Shown: positions 27,317 through 37,822, counted from the first letter of the stretch. The stretch: 64,000 nt of DNA from Nitrospirota bacterium (GCA_963701855.1 CAVPBK010000006.1:512001-576000), one strand, 5' to 3'. The notes: generated from the sequence alone by a model not told the origin. Numbers and translations are program-made.

Positions 27317-28408
27317 TTACACGTTGAAGCGGAAGTAGACGATATCCGCTTCTTTAATCACGTAGTCTTTACCTTCGAGGCGAAACAACCCCTTCTCCTT
27401 CACCTTCGCCTCTGACCCGCAGGCCATCAGATCATCGTAGTGATAGACCTCTGCACGGATAAATCCGCGCTCCATGTCGGAGTGAATCTTTCCTGCTGCT
27501 TGCGGCGCCTTCGTGTTTTTCGGAATCGGCCAGGCTCGGGATTCGATTTCTCCAGCCGTAAAGAAAGTCACGATGTTCAGCAATGTGTAGGCTTCGCGGG
27601 TCAGCCGTACAAGACCTGATTCCGTGAGCCCCATCTCTTTCAAAAAGTCGGTTCGTTCGGATTCAGGTAACGTGGAGAGTTCCGCTTCGAGTTGGCCGCA
27701 GATCGTGACGACGCGCGCGCCGCGTTTGTCGGCAAACTCGCAAACGGCCTTCACCATCGCTTCATCGGCGCTGGCCTGTTCCGATACATTGGCCACGAAG
27801 AGCACCGGTTTCGCTGCCAGCAATTGACATTCATCGAGCACCACGCGCTCTTCGGGACTGTAGGTCAGGTTGCCCAACCATTCGCCCTTATCGAGCAATC
27901 CAATCAGTTTGTCGATAAAGGCCATTTCAAACACAGCTTTTTTATCGCCGGCTCGAACCTTCTTTTCTGTCTTCTGTTTCCGCCGATCGAGCGTGTCGAG
28001 GTCAGCCAACAGCAACTCGGTTTCAATGATGCCGATGTCTCGGAGAGGGTTCACCGCTCCGCTGACGTGCACGATATCCGTTCCTTGAAAGCAGCGAACG
28101 ACATGGAGCAGCGCATCGACTTCTCGGATGTGCCCAAGAAACTGATTGCCGAGGCCTTCACCCTTGCTCGCCCCTTCTACCAGTCCGGCAATATCGCGCA
28201 CCTCTAGCGTGCTATAAGTCGTCTTCTTCGACTTGAAGAGGTCGGTGAGGACTCCGAGTCGCGGATCCGGCACCAGGACAATGCCGGTATTGGGATCGAC
28301 AGTCGCAAAGGGATAATTAGCCGCCAACGCGCCACTGCCTGTGAGCGCATTGAAGACGGTAGTCTTCCCCACGTTCGGGAGTCCGATCATGCCGCAACAT
28401 AAACCCAT
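27317..28408 (-). CDS. ychF: Redox-regulated ATPase YchF
   Basis: GLPNVGKT, ANYPFAT, DIAGLV.GAS.GEGLGNQFL and TGS-like C-terminus. Confidence 0.96.
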   Translation of the reverse strand: MGLCCGMIGLPNVGKTTVFNALTGSGALAANYPFATVDPNTGIVLVPDPRLGVLTDLFKSKKTTYSTLEVRDIAGLVEGASKGEGLGNQFLGHIREVDALLHVVRCFQGTDIVHVSGAVNPLRDIGIIETELLLADLDTLDRRKQKTEKKVRAGDKKAVFEMAFIDKLIGLLDKGEWLGNLTYSPEERVVLDECQLLAAKPVLFVANVSEQASADEAMVKAVCEFADKRGARVVTICGQLEAELSTLPESERTDFLKEMGLTESGLVRLTREAYTLLNIVTFFTAGEIESRAWPIPKNTKAPQAAGKIHSDMERGFIRAEVYHYDDLMACGSEAKVKEKGLFRLEGKDYVIKEADIVYFRFNV

Positions 28409-28418
28409 TGATTACCTC

Positions 28419-28487
28419 AGTGCTGAGTCCAAAGTGCTGAGTGCTGAGAATAGGCTCGGAGGCTCTTTCGTCTCAGCACTCAGCACT
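28419..28487. repeat. Inverted heptamer tandem repeat (AGTGCTG / TCAGCAC)
   Basis: AGTGCTGAGTCCAAAGTGCTGAGTGCTGAG ... CTCAGCACTCAGCACT. Confidence 0.75.
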
Positions 28488-29071
28488 TATTCCTCTTCCG
28501 GCGTCTCCCGCTCCCGCACATTGAACTCGTTCATTGCCACTATTACTCCTCGATGAATCACACATTCCAACGCATCGACGGCACGATCGAGACAGGGATT
28601 CAACACCTCGATCTCTTCTCTCGTGAACGCCTGCAACACATAGTCGGCCGAATCCTGACGCGGTGCTGGCCGACCGATTCCGATCTTGACTCGCACAAAT
28701 TGGGGTGTCCCGATCGCGTCGATGACCGATTTGATCCCGTTATGTCCCCCATGCCCACCGGCTTGCTTGATCCTGAGACGCCCCAGCTCGAGATCGAGAT
28801 CGTCATGGATGAGAATCAGGTCGTCGGCGGTCAGCGAATACTCACGCAGGAGGCCTTTGAGCGGAGGACCGGTGATGTTCATCCAATCGAGGGTGCCGGC
28901 GAGTTCGAGGAGTTCCGACCCGAGTCGCCCCGATCCACGATGAGTCATGCCGCGCTTGGCGAGACGGATGGACCACCGAGCCGCGGCCCGCTCGATGGCC
29001 CACATGCCGACGTTGTGGCGGGTTTGGGCATAGGCCGCGCCAGGATTGCCCAGCCCTACGATGAGGCGCAA
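28487..29071 (-). CDS. pth: Peptidyl-tRNA hydrolase
   Basis: LIVGLGNPG..Y..TRHNVG, HDDLDL and GGHNGIKS motifs. Confidence 0.96.
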   Translation of the reverse strand: MRLIVGLGNPGAAYAQTRHNVGMWAIERAAARWSIRLAKRGMTHRGSGRLGSELLELAGTLDWMNITGPPLKGLLREYSLTADDLILIHDDLDLELGRLRIKQAGGHGGHNGIKSVIDAIGTPQFVRVKIGIGRPAPRQDSADYVLQAFTREEIEVLNPCLDRAVDALECVIHRGVIVAMNEFNVRERETPEEE

Positions 29072-29073
29072 CG

Positions 29074-29858
29074 TTACTTCTTCTTTTCGGCTTCTTTCTT
29101 CTCAGTTTTTGGCGCAGCAGCGCCTTTCTTCTCGCCGCCTTTCGCATCAGGAGCAGCCGCTGCAGCACCGGCTTTCGCCGGTTCACCACCCTCAACGCCT
29201 TCACCTGCCACTTTGCCCTTCGCGGCCACCTCAGGCTCTTTCGCGCCCTCTGGTGCGGCTGCACCACTTGCGAGGAGCGATTCAAGCTTGGCTTCCGTCA
29301 TTGGCGCAGCCACACTCACAACCATCTGCTCAGGGTCGTCCAGATAGCGGACCCCTTCGCGTGCGGCCAAGTCTTTCAAATGGAGACCTTGTGCAATGGC
29401 AAGCCCAGAAGCATCAACTTCGATAAAGTCTGGCAACGCAGCCGGCAGACACTCGATATGCAACTCACGCATATTATGGTGGAGGATGCCGCCTTCTTTG
29501 ACGCCGACAGGTATACCACCGGTCAAATGCAGGGGCACCTTCACGCGAATCGGCTTGTCCATCGAGATTTCAAACAAATCCGCATGCAGCACATGCCCTT
29601 CGACCGGATCGACCTGGAAATCTCGCAAAACGCAGTGCGGCTCGGTTTCGACTTTGCCCCGGTCAGCGTAAGAGACACGAGCGCGGCTCCCCCCGCTTGT
29701 GCTTTCAAAATCTTGACCAGGCTATCGGGTTCAATCGTCAAGAGCAGGCACTCACCCTGGCCATACAAAACACCAGGAATCTTCCCCTCTCGCCGAAGCT
29801 GACGCGCCGCACCCTTTCCTGTTTTGTCCCTTACTGTGACTGCTAGATCGAACTTCAT
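29074..29858 (-). pseudogene. rplY: 50S ribosomal protein L25/Ctc with a single frameshift near 29628 (probably a sequencing indel)
   Basis: The N-terminal half (GKGAARQLRREGKIPGVLYG) is in one frame and the continuation (LRDFQVDPV..HADL..GVKEGG) in another. One base is missing in GCG-TTTTG-CGA. Confidence 0.9.
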
Positions 29859-29911
29859 GATAAGCCTCCGTCCCCTTCTTACTGGTCTTTCAATACCTCG
29901 GTCTCAAGTTA

Positions 29912-30110
29912 GCAGGATGCTGAAAAAGTCCGCCAGCGGCGTTCTCGCGTCGCTTAGGGGCTCAACATACCGAAGCGTACGCCTCGCCTCTTCACTCGCT
30001 GCGGCCTTGCTGGACGGCCTTTTTGAGCATCCTGCGAGCGGTTCTCCTATTGTCCTAGTCGTGCGAACCAGCGAATTCCCACCGTGCCACAATGATTTTT
30101 CCGCAACCTG
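29912..30110. repeat. Family A element, copy 6
   Basis: GCAGGATGCTGAAAAAGTCCGCCAGC...GGCCTTTTTGAGCATCCTGC (29912-30034), plus outer TTTTTCCGCAACCTG at the prs stop. Confidence 0.85.
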
Positions 30111-31052
30111 CTAGGCAAATAATGAACTCACCGACTCATCTTCATGGATTCGCCTAATCGCCTCACCTAATAGTGGCGCGACCGATAATTGATGTAACTT
30201 CGGACAAACCTGCTCTTTGCCCCGTAATGGAATCGAATTGGTCACGATCACTTGCTTCAGGCAGGATTGCTGGATCCGTTCCAATGCCGGCCCGGTGAGC
30301 ACCGCGTGGGTACAGGCAGTCCACACTTCCCGGGCCCCGCGATCCATACAGGCCTGCGCCCCCTTCACGATGGTGCCGGCCGTGTCGATCATGTCGTCCA
30401 GTAACAGTGCGCTTTTGCCTGCGACGTCGCCGATGATGTTCATAATCTGCGTCTGATTCGGTCCTTCACGGCGCTTGTCGATAATCGCCAGGCTCGCTTC
30501 GAGCCGTTTTGCAAAAGCACGAGCTCGCTCGACCCCACCGGCGTCCGGCGAGACGACCACCAGGTCACTTACCTTCTTCTTTGTAATGTAATCCAACAAT
30601 ACCGGCAATGCATAGAGGTGGTCCACCGGAAGATTGAAGAACCCCTGAATCTGTCCCGCATGGAGGTCCATCGTCAGTACCCGATCGGTACCGGCGGTGC
30701 TGATGAGATCGGCCACGAGTTTCGCTGAGATCGGCACACGAGGCTGATCCTTACGATCCTGGCGAGCATAGCCAAAATACGGGATGACCGCGGTAATGCG
30801 ATTTGCGGAGGATCGTTTGAGCGCATCAATTATAATCAACAACTCCATCAGAGAGTCGTTAACCGGCTGGCAACTCGACTGCACGACGAACACGTCGCCG
30901 CCACGAACGTTTTCCTCGATCTTGACGCGAACTTCGCCGTCACTGAACGACCCAACGGTGGCCTCGCCGAGCTTGGTCCCAAGGTAGGCGCAAATCTCAT
31001 GGGCCAGGGCCGGATTCGCGTTGCCAGAGAATATCTGTAACTCTCCGCTCAT
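30111..31052 (-). CDS. prs: Ribose-phosphate pyrophosphokinase
   Basis: [28 protein letters not shown] and DDMIDTAGT motifs. Confidence 0.97.
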   Translation of the reverse strand: MSGELQIFSGNANPALAHEICAYLGTKLGEATVGSFSDGEVRVKIEENVRGGDVFVVQSSCQPVNDSLMELLIIIDALKRSSANRITAVIPYFGYARQDRKDQPRVPISAKLVADLISTAGTDRVLTMDLHAGQIQGFFNLPVDHLYALPVLLDYITKKKVSDLVVVSPDAGGVERARAFAKRLEASLAIIDKRREGPNQTQIMNIIGDVAGKSALLLDDMIDTAGTIVKGAQACMDRGAREVWTACTHAVLTGPALERIQQSCLKQVIVTNSIPLRGKEQVCPKLHQLSVAPLLGEAIRRIHEDESVSSLFA

Positions 31053-31242
31053 CGATTCCTCAGAGGGTCTCTTGATGCAAACCGCGTCACGTTCTGATTT
31101 CGTAAAGGGTTCGTCTCGACGGCGGGCGTCGGTGGGCGAAGTCACAACCCGCCTACCGCTATTCGCTACGCGCTGTTGAGGAAGCCAGTTAAGGGGTGAG
31201 ACTGTAACGGAACTTACGGGGAGTTGTCAACCGAGCCACGGC

Positions 31243-32166
31243 TTATCGGGAACGTTCATACCGCCAGCCAAGTGGGCCAGAACAGGTGGGCACGACAATA
31301 ACATTCATCAAATTCTCACTCACAAACTGGGCCTGGGCCAAACGCGCGCGCGCCTCGTCTGCGAACACCCCAAACACCGTTGCCCCACTTCCGGAGAGCA
31401 GCGCAATCTCCGCTCCGTAAGCCTGCAAGTTTTTTTTAATCTCCCGAAGCTTGCCATGCGTGGCGAAGACCGGCACTTCGAAATCATTCTCTGCCGCATC
31501 AATCAATTGAACCCAGCTCACTCCAGATTGCCGGTCGAGTTCTTGCTGAACCAACGACAGCGGTATAACAGCAGTCCTGGTCGCAGCCAATTCTTGATAG
31601 GCCCATTTGGTATTGACCCCAAACCCCGGGTTGACGAGCACGATCCAGCGCGCCCCTTCAACGACGACCGGACGAACCGTTTCCCCACGACCCGCCACAA
31701 ACGCTGAGGGGGCAAAGAGAAAAAATGGCACATCACTACCTAACGATTGCCCAGCATCAGCCATCTGCGCCGGGGACCACTCCAGCCGTAACAAATAGTT
31801 CAACCCTATGATGGTAGCTGCGGCATCGCTGCTTCCGCCACCGAGACCGGCTCCCATCGGAATGCGCTTACGCAGGTCAATGTCGAGACCGATCGATTGC
31901 TGGGCTCGCGCCAATACCTCGATGGCGGCACGATAGACGAGGTTACTCTGGTCTGCAGCCAGCTGCGTCGCATCACATCTCAGCTGAATACCCTGTCGCT
32001 CAGGACGCAACCTGATCTGCACCTCATCTTCGAGAGCAACCGTCTGCATGATCGACCAGAGATTATGGAATCCGTCTGGGCGGCGGTTGAGGATACGAAG
32101 AATCAGGTTGATTTTGGCGGGAGCGAAGACGGTGATCTCGGAGGGACTCGGCTGCGGATTAATCAC
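31243..32166 (-). CDS. ispE: 4-diphosphocytidyl-2-C-methyl-D-erythritol kinase
   Basis: APAKINL, KRIPMGAGLGGGSSDAA, LGSDVPFF and LSGSGAT motifs. Confidence 0.95.
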   Translation of the reverse strand: MINPQPSPSEITVFAPAKINLILRILNRRPDGFHNLWSIMQTVALEDEVQIRLRPERQGIQLRCDATQLAADQSNLVYRAAIEVLARAQQSIGLDIDLRKRIPMGAGLGGGSSDAAATIIGLNYLLRLEWSPAQMADAGQSLGSDVPFFLFAPSAFVAGRGETVRPVVVEGARWIVLVNPGFGVNTKWAYQELAATRTAVIPLSLVQQELDRQSGVSWVQLIDAAENDFEVPVFATHGKLREIKKNLQAYGAEIALLSGSGATVFGVFADEARARLAQAQFVSENLMNVIVVPTCSGPLGWRYERSR

Positions 32167-33541
32167 GGCCCCCCTTGATGGCATACTTCTCTAGTCGATA
32201 GCGAAAGGATCGCGTGTTGAGCTTGAGAAGCCTGGCGGCCTTTTTCTTCACCCACATGGTCCGTTCAAGGGCCTTCAAGAGCAAATCTTTTTCAATGCCG
32301 TCGATCAGCGCTTCCAAATCCAACCCGTCTTCTGGCAAATCGGTGGGCACGCCCTGCTGCTGAGGGGTCACGACTCGATGAAGCCAGCCACGAATATCCT
32401 CATCCGAAATAGGCGCACCGACAGAAAACGTCACCACGCGCTCAATCAAGTTCTCAAGTTCGCGTACATTGCCACGCCACTCATGGCCTAGCAACACATG
32501 CATCGCCTCTGGTGTCAATACGGGAACAGGCTTGCCGCTTTCCTGTGAAAACTTTTCGAGAAAATGTTTGACGAGAAGTGGGATGTCTCCTGTTCGAAGC
32601 CGCAACGGTGGGAGCCGAATCGGAATCACGTCTAAGCGATAGTACAAATCTTCGCGAAACGAGCCGTCGGCCACAGCTTTCTCAAGATCCTTATTGGTCG
32701 CGGCCACAATGCGCACATCGACCTTGACATCCTGGTTACCGCCTACACGCCGGAACTCTCGTTCCTGAATGACGCGCAACAGCTTGACTTGAATCGTTGG
32801 GGTCGTATCGCCGATTTCATCCAAAAAGATCGTACCTCCGTTGGCGACTTCAAACAACCCCGCCTTATTGGCCATCGCGCCGGTAAAGGATCCCTTCATG
32901 TGCCCAAAGAGTTCACTTTCGAGCAACGTTTCCGGCACCGCGCTGCAATTCACCGCCACAAACGGCATCGTGCTCCGGACACTATTATAGTGAATCGCGC
33001 GCGCCACCAACTCTTTTCCCGTTCCACTCTCCCCACAAATCAACACATTGCTCTTGGCATCCGCGACTTTGCGCACTACGTCGAACACCTTTTGCATGCC
33101 CTCGCTTTGGCCGACAATCTGCGCAAACGACGACTGGCTCGCCATCTCGCGCTTTAATAAAATATTTTCCGCCGAGAGACGCCGTTTTTCCAAGGCGTTG
33201 CGAATGATCAACTGGACTTCATCGACCTGGAACGGTTTGGTCAGGTAGTCGTATGCGCCCTGTTTCATCGCATCGACCGCCGAGTCCGCGGTCGCAAACG
33301 CCGTAATGACGAGGACTACGGTTTCAGGAGAAGAAGACTTCACCGCCTTCAGGACTGCCATGCCATCGGCTTTCGGCATGCGGAGGTCGGTGATGACGAG
33401 ATCGAAGATTTCCTTGCTTATATGACCAATGGCTTCTTCGCCATCCGATGCTTCGGTCACGGCGTAACCCGCGCGTTTGAGCATGATGCTCAAGACTTCT
33501 CGCAGCCCCCTCTCATCATCGACAACTAGGATCTTTTCCAC
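32159..33541 (-). CDS. pilR: Sigma54-dependent response regulator (PilR/NtrC family)
   Basis: Receiver domain, GESGTGKELVA, GSFTGA, FREDLYYRL and Fis-like HTH; follows pilC-pilS. Confidence 0.85.
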   Translation of the reverse strand: MEKILVVDDERGLREVLSIMLKRAGYAVTEASDGEEAIGHISKEIFDLVITDLRMPKADGMAVLKAVKSSSPETVVLVITAFATADSAVDAMKQGAYDYLTKPFQVDEVQLIIRNALEKRRLSAENILLKREMASQSSFAQIVGQSEGMQKVFDVVRKVADAKSNVLICGESGTGKELVARAIHYNSVRSTMPFVAVNCSAVPETLLESELFGHMKGSFTGAMANKAGLFEVANGGTIFLDEIGDTTPTIQVKLLRVIQEREFRRVGGNQDVKVDVRIVAATNKDLEKAVADGSFREDLYYRLDVIPIRLPPLRLRTGDIPLLVKHFLEKFSQESGKPVPVLTPEAMHVLLGHEWRGNVRELENLIERVVTFSVGAPISDEDIRGWLHRVVTPQQQGVPTDLPEDGLDLEALIDGIEKDLLLKALERTMWVKKKAARLLKLNTRSFRYRLEKYAIKGGRD

Positions 33542-35223
33542 GGCGTCCGTCCCTCATGCCACAACCGCACTCCGGCATCCCCTGAGCGCGGCATACATAC
33601 GACAAACCGCGAGCCTTGACGCTCCTGACTTTCGACCTTAATCCACCCCCCGTGCAGATCGACAATGCGATGCACCGCTGCGAGACCTAACCCAGACCCT
33701 TCTTTCTTTGTCGTGAAAAATGGAAGAAATATCTTGTCGAAGTTCTGCTTCGGAATACCTTCCCCAGTGTCTTGAAACGCAATTTCGATGACATCGCCTT
33801 TGCGGCCGCCGGCATCAACGTGGCGGCAATTCGTTGAAATCGTCAACTGTCCTCCCTCCGGCATTGCGTCAAACGCATTCGTCGCCATATTCCACAAGAC
33901 CTGCCTGAGCTGATCTTGATCGACCAGGGCCGTGAGCGCCCCGGTTGCCAGGGACGTGACAATTTTGATCTTGGTACGCGTTCGCGCTTCATGTTGAACG
34001 AGATCGAGCGTCTCAGCAAGTACTTTGTTGAGATCACGTTCTGTGAGATTGAGCGCCGGCGGACGTGCATATTGAAGGAATTCGGTAATAATATTGTCGA
34101 GCCGTGTGGCCTCTCGAATTGCAATGTCCATCAACCGGCGATCGGTTTCGTCTTCCATGGCATCTTTTCGAAGCATTTGCATCGCGCCAGCCAACGCGCC
34201 AAGTGGGTTCCGAATCTCATGGGCCATCCCAGCAGACATCTCACCCAAACTCGCCAGCCAATCCTTGCGCCGCATCTCCTCTTCGAGATCCCGAATTTGT
34301 GTTAGATCTTTGAATACACCAACCAAGCCTGTCCGTTTCCCCTGCTCATGCAATGGGGAAAGTGTCATACCAAGAATCAGACGATTGCCGTCAGCTCGCT
34401 TACATTCCACTTCGAATCGCGTCGTCGTCGACACGGCACCGCCGAGCTGCTCGTCTGATTCCTGGTTAGGGTGCCAGTTGAAGACTTCGCGCCATGGACG
34501 TCCGACCACGTGAGCGATCGTATACCCGGTTGCTTCCTGTGCCGCCGGGTTGAACGACGTGATACCCCCCAAGGCATCTGCCGTAAATACGCCGCTGCTG
34601 ATGCTGTGGATGATATTCTCATGGAAAGCTTGAAGGCGAGTCAGTCCCCGTTCCTTCTCGCGCAACGTCTGATCAGCCTGTTGAAGCTGTTCAGCTAAGG
34701 TTCCGCCCAGGATCCCAACGACAAGAAGGGCGAGGGCATAGACGCCGAACGTTTGGAATGTTTCAGGCACGGTCAGCCGACTCGGCGGCAGCCACCCCCA
34801 CTCCTCAATCAGACTATGTAATTGAATGTTCGTTAAGAGCCCGAACATAATAATGGAGAAACAGGCGGTAAGAAGCCCCACTCGCCGACGGGGAACAAGA
34901 CTGGCCATCGCCACCGTCATAACATACAGCACCGCGAATGGGCTCTCGATCCCTCCTGTTCTGGCAACCAACACCGTTTCAAGAAGAAAGTCGATCCCTA
35001 CCTGCACCCAAAAAAATATCGTGAGCGCCATCGGTGAGGTGAACACGCGGAGTAGAAGGACGGAGGGGATCGTCAGGATATAGGTGACAATAATCAGAGC
35101 GTAGAATGTTTCGACCCACCCGCCCTTCGCAGCCTGAAATGTGAGAGACAGGCCGAGTATCAGGGTCACGAGGGCCATCCGAAGCCCCATAATCCAATAC
35201 AGCCTTGAGCGCATATCATTCAT
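33526..35223 (-). CDS. pilS: Membrane PAS histidine kinase (PilS-like)
   Basis: Multi-TM N-terminus with TGGIESPF, a PAS domain, AHEIRNPL and DTGEG..FFTTK..GSGLGL. Confidence 0.85.
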   Translation of the reverse strand: MNDMRSRLYWIMGLRMALVTLILGLSLTFQAAKGGWVETFYALIIVTYILTIPSVLLLRVFTSPMALTIFFWVQVGIDFLLETVLVARTGGIESPFAVLYVMTVAMASLVPRRRVGLLTACFSIIMFGLLTNIQLHSLIEEWGWLPPSRLTVPETFQTFGVYALALLVVGILGGTLAEQLQQADQTLREKERGLTRLQAFHENIIHSISSGVFTADALGGITSFNPAAQEATGYTIAHVVGRPWREVFNWHPNQESDEQLGGAVSTTTRFEVECKRADGNRLILGMTLSPLHEQGKRTGLVGVFKDLTQIRDLEEEMRRKDWLASLGEMSAGMAHEIRNPLGALAGAMQMLRKDAMEDETDRRLMDIAIREATRLDNIITEFLQYARPPALNLTERDLNKVLAETLDLVQHEARTRTKIKIVTSLATGALTALVDQDQLRQVLWNMATNAFDAMPEGGQLTISTNCRHVDAGGRKGDVIEIAFQDTGEGIPKQNFDKIFLPFFTTKKEGSGLGLAAVHRIVDLHGGWIKVESQERQGSRFVVCMPRSGDAGVRLWHEGRTPWKRS

Positions 35224-35423
35224 GATCGGAAAACCGCTGGACGAGAAGGAGATCGGCGGAGCATGAAAAAAGATATTCCTTGTTCATTCTCCTCGAATTT
35301 GAGGCCTGAAACCGTGCTATCGAACACCTGACCGAGCGCCAAGTGGTTTGGCCAGAAAGGGGACTTAGAGCTTTCAGGCTGGAAAATAGGCCAGCCCTGT
35401 GAGAGGGGCCTGAACACCGTCTG

Positions 35424-36641
35424 CTATCCGATCGCAGACGCCATTTTGAAGATCGGGAGATACATCGCAATCACGATAAACCCAATCACAATCCCCAGAA
35501 ACACCATCATCATCGGCTCAAGCAGAGCCGTCAACGAGGCAACTGCCTGATCAACTTCGTCTTCGTAAAAGTCTGCAATTTTCCCTAACATCGCGTCCAA
35601 CGCGCCAGTTGACTCACCGACGGCGATCATGTGCGTCACCATCTTTGGAAAAACCCCGCTAGCTGCCAAGGGATCGGCGATCGTCTTTCCGCCACTGATA
35701 CTGAGGCGAGCATTGATCAACGTTTCTTCAATAACCTTATTGCCCGAAGTTTTTGCACAGATGGTCATTCCATCGAGTAATGGAACTCCGCTGGAAAGCA
35801 ATGTCCCGAGTGTACGCGTAAACTTGGCAACCGAAGCTTTTCTGATTAAGTCCCCAACCACTGGTAACCTGAGAAGCAACTTATCAATAACCATCCGTCC
35901 TTGAACGGTCCCGCGGTATTTTTTAATACCAAAAATGGCTCCCACAATACCCCCGAGAATGACATACCAGTACGCGATAAAGAAGTTACTGGTGTCGATG
36001 ACTATTTGTGTGGGGCCTGGCAACGCAACTTTCCCGCCTGAAAGTTCAAGAAACATCTTTGCAAAGATTGGAATGACAAACAGCATGAGAATAGTGATCA
36101 CAGCAACGGCAACTCCCATGATCGTGGCAGGATAGACCATGGCGGACTTGATCTGTCCTTTGAGTTTCATTGCTTTTTCAATGTATTTGGCGAGACGCGT
36201 CAAGATCGTATCGAGCAAGCCACCCACCTCACCCGCATGCACCAGATTGGTGTATAGATCGTCGAAGACTTTTGGGTGGCGACGTAAGGCATCCGAAAAG
36301 GTCGATCCTGCCTCCACCTGAATCTTCACTTCCCCGATGGTTTCCCGCAGCACCTTATTCTCAGACTGGGTTGAGAGGATTTCGAGACACTGCACTAAGG
36401 GCAAACCCGCATTAATCATCGTGCCGAATTGGCGTGTAAAGACAACCAAGTCTTTATCGGTAAGACCAGACCCCAAACTAATCTTGAATCCGCCTGCACC
36501 ACTTTTCTTTTCTTCAAGGCTCGTAACGACGACGCTTTGCTTGCGGAGTTGATCCACCGCCTCATCTCGGGTTTTTGCGCTCAGCTCGCCCTTCTTGACG
36601 GCACCTGATCTGGTTCTCCCAACATACGCAAAGGTAGCCAT
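35424..36641 (-). CDS. pilC: Type IV pilus platform protein (GspF family)
   Basis: FTRQFGTMINAGLPL, AGEVGGLLD, SAMVYP and VGESTGALD motifs. Confidence 0.92.
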   Translation of the reverse strand: MATFAYVGRTRSGAVKKGELSAKTRDEAVDQLRKQSVVVTSLEEKKSGAGGFKISLGSGLTDKDLVVFTRQFGTMINAGLPLVQCLEILSTQSENKVLRETIGEVKIQVEAGSTFSDALRRHPKVFDDLYTNLVHAGEVGGLLDTILTRLAKYIEKAMKLKGQIKSAMVYPATIMGVAVAVITILMLFVIPIFAKMFLELSGGKVALPGPTQIVIDTSNFFIAYWYVILGGIVGAIFGIKKYRGTVQGRMVIDKLLLRLPVVGDLIRKASVAKFTRTLGTLLSSGVPLLDGMTICAKTSGNKVIEETLINARLSISGGKTIADPLAASGVFPKMVTHMIAVGESTGALDAMLGKIADFYEDEVDQAVASLTALLEPMMMVFLGIVIGFIVIAMYLPIFKMASAIG

Positions 36642-36799
36642 ACGCAACACTCACCCTTCGATGTGGCCATTGCCCTGGCCGGTTGTAGACTGAGGGGAAT
36701 ACCTACCAGGCGAGTCTACTGGCCACCCCAAAACCTGTCAAACAAATGCAGAATCTCTGCGCAGGCGACGAGGCACTCAGGCTCAAGCAATATAGGGCC

Positions 36800-37336
36800 T
36801 TAGCTGCTGATCGCATTCGTGCACCGAAAACCTCGGTAGAGATAATGCAACCCGGACAGTATCGTGAAGGAGATCATGCCAAACAAAAGAGGTAGTATGA
36901 GGGTAAGATCGATGTGACGGGAGCTTAGGAGTATGACCATTACGACATAGGCCAGCTGGAGAAACGTGGTGCCCTTGCCCAAGAAAGTTGGGGTAAGATC
37001 AACGCGAGATTCTGTGAAGTGCGCGACAGCCGTTCCCAGCAGCAGTATCACGTCCCGGCTGACCACGAGGATGGTGACCCACAACGGAACCAAATGAATT
37101 ATCGAGAGCGTGATGAACCCGGAGGTGAGAAGCAACTTATCGGCTAGAGGGTCCAACACGGCCCCAAGCCGGGTATGCTGATTCGTCACACGGGCGATCA
37201 GCCCATCAAGCGCATCAGTGAGTCCTGCCACAAGAAGAACGATGAGCGCTTGACCAAATCTGCCGTAGACGAGTAACCCAATGTAGCAGGGAATCAGGAT
37301 AATACGAAGGATGGTCAAGCTGTTGGGGATATTCAT
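36800..37336 (-). CDS. CDP-alcohol phosphatidyltransferase family protein
   Basis: NIPNSLTILR and DALDGLIAR...G..LDPLADK motifs. Confidence 0.92.
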   Translation of the reverse strand: MNIPNSLTILRIILIPCYIGLLVYGRFGQALIVLLVAGLTDALDGLIARVTNQHTRLGAVLDPLADKLLLTSGFITLSIIHLVPLWVTILVVSRDVILLLGTAVAHFTESRVDLTPTFLGKGTTFLQLAYVVMVILLSSRHIDLTLILPLLFGMISFTILSGLHYLYRGFRCTNAISS

Positions 37337-37375
37337 AATCTTCCAAAGCACAGCGGCTTACGGCAGCGGGGGGAG

Positions 37376-37450
37376 ATGATAGGAGGGCGTTACACTGTTG
37401 TCAACGGCTTGCAGTCACGGCTTGCAGTCAACGCGGCCTCGCCCTATAAT
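37376..37450. promoter_or_regulatory. Back-to-back sigma70 promoters
   Basis: Minus strand TTGACA(37404)-N17-TATCAT(37376); plus strand TTGCAG(37422)-N17-TATAAT(37450). Confidence 0.6.
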
Positions 37451-37495
37451 AATTGTGGCGCTGAACTATTTCATTTGTATGTCATGGAGATCGTG

Positions 37496-37813
37496 ATGAG
37501 TTCGCTTCCGCTGCTTTTCAAAAAAGAAGGACTGGTTGAAAAGCACCAGGTTGAAGGAGTCGACCCGAGTGATCGGTATTTCAATCGCATGATCCTCGTC
37601 AATCGAACCACCTCTGGCTACGCAGCTAAGGTCATGTATGAAGCCCTGATGGTCGAAGGGCACTCGCATCCAACCATAGCTGCCGCGGTACAAGAACTCA
37701 TCGAAGCGATGCAAAAATTCGGCTTCAGCAGAATAAGAACTCGCGCCAATTTCAAAGGCACCAAGTATCTCGCCGAAAAAGAGACCTGGGTCGATTACCA
37801 GGATTTCGCATAG
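37496..37813 (+). CDS. Conserved-looking hypothetical protein
   Basis: ATG at 37496 after a GGAGA RBS and a promoter; 105 aa, MSSLPLLFKKEG... Confidence 0.75.
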   Translation: MSSLPLLFKKEGLVEKHQVEGVDPSDRYFNRMILVNRTTSGYAAKVMYEALMVEGHSHPTIAAAVQELIEAMQKFGFSRIRTRANFKGTKYLAEKETWVDYQDFA

Positions 37814-37822
37814 CCCTGCCCC

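Noticed and set aside
31053..31242. Possible tRNA-Gln between ispE and prs, a common arrangement
   Set aside because: No T-loop GTTCGA, cloverleaf or CCA end found on either strand. Only a probable promoter (TTGACA at 31230) and a small hairpin are present.
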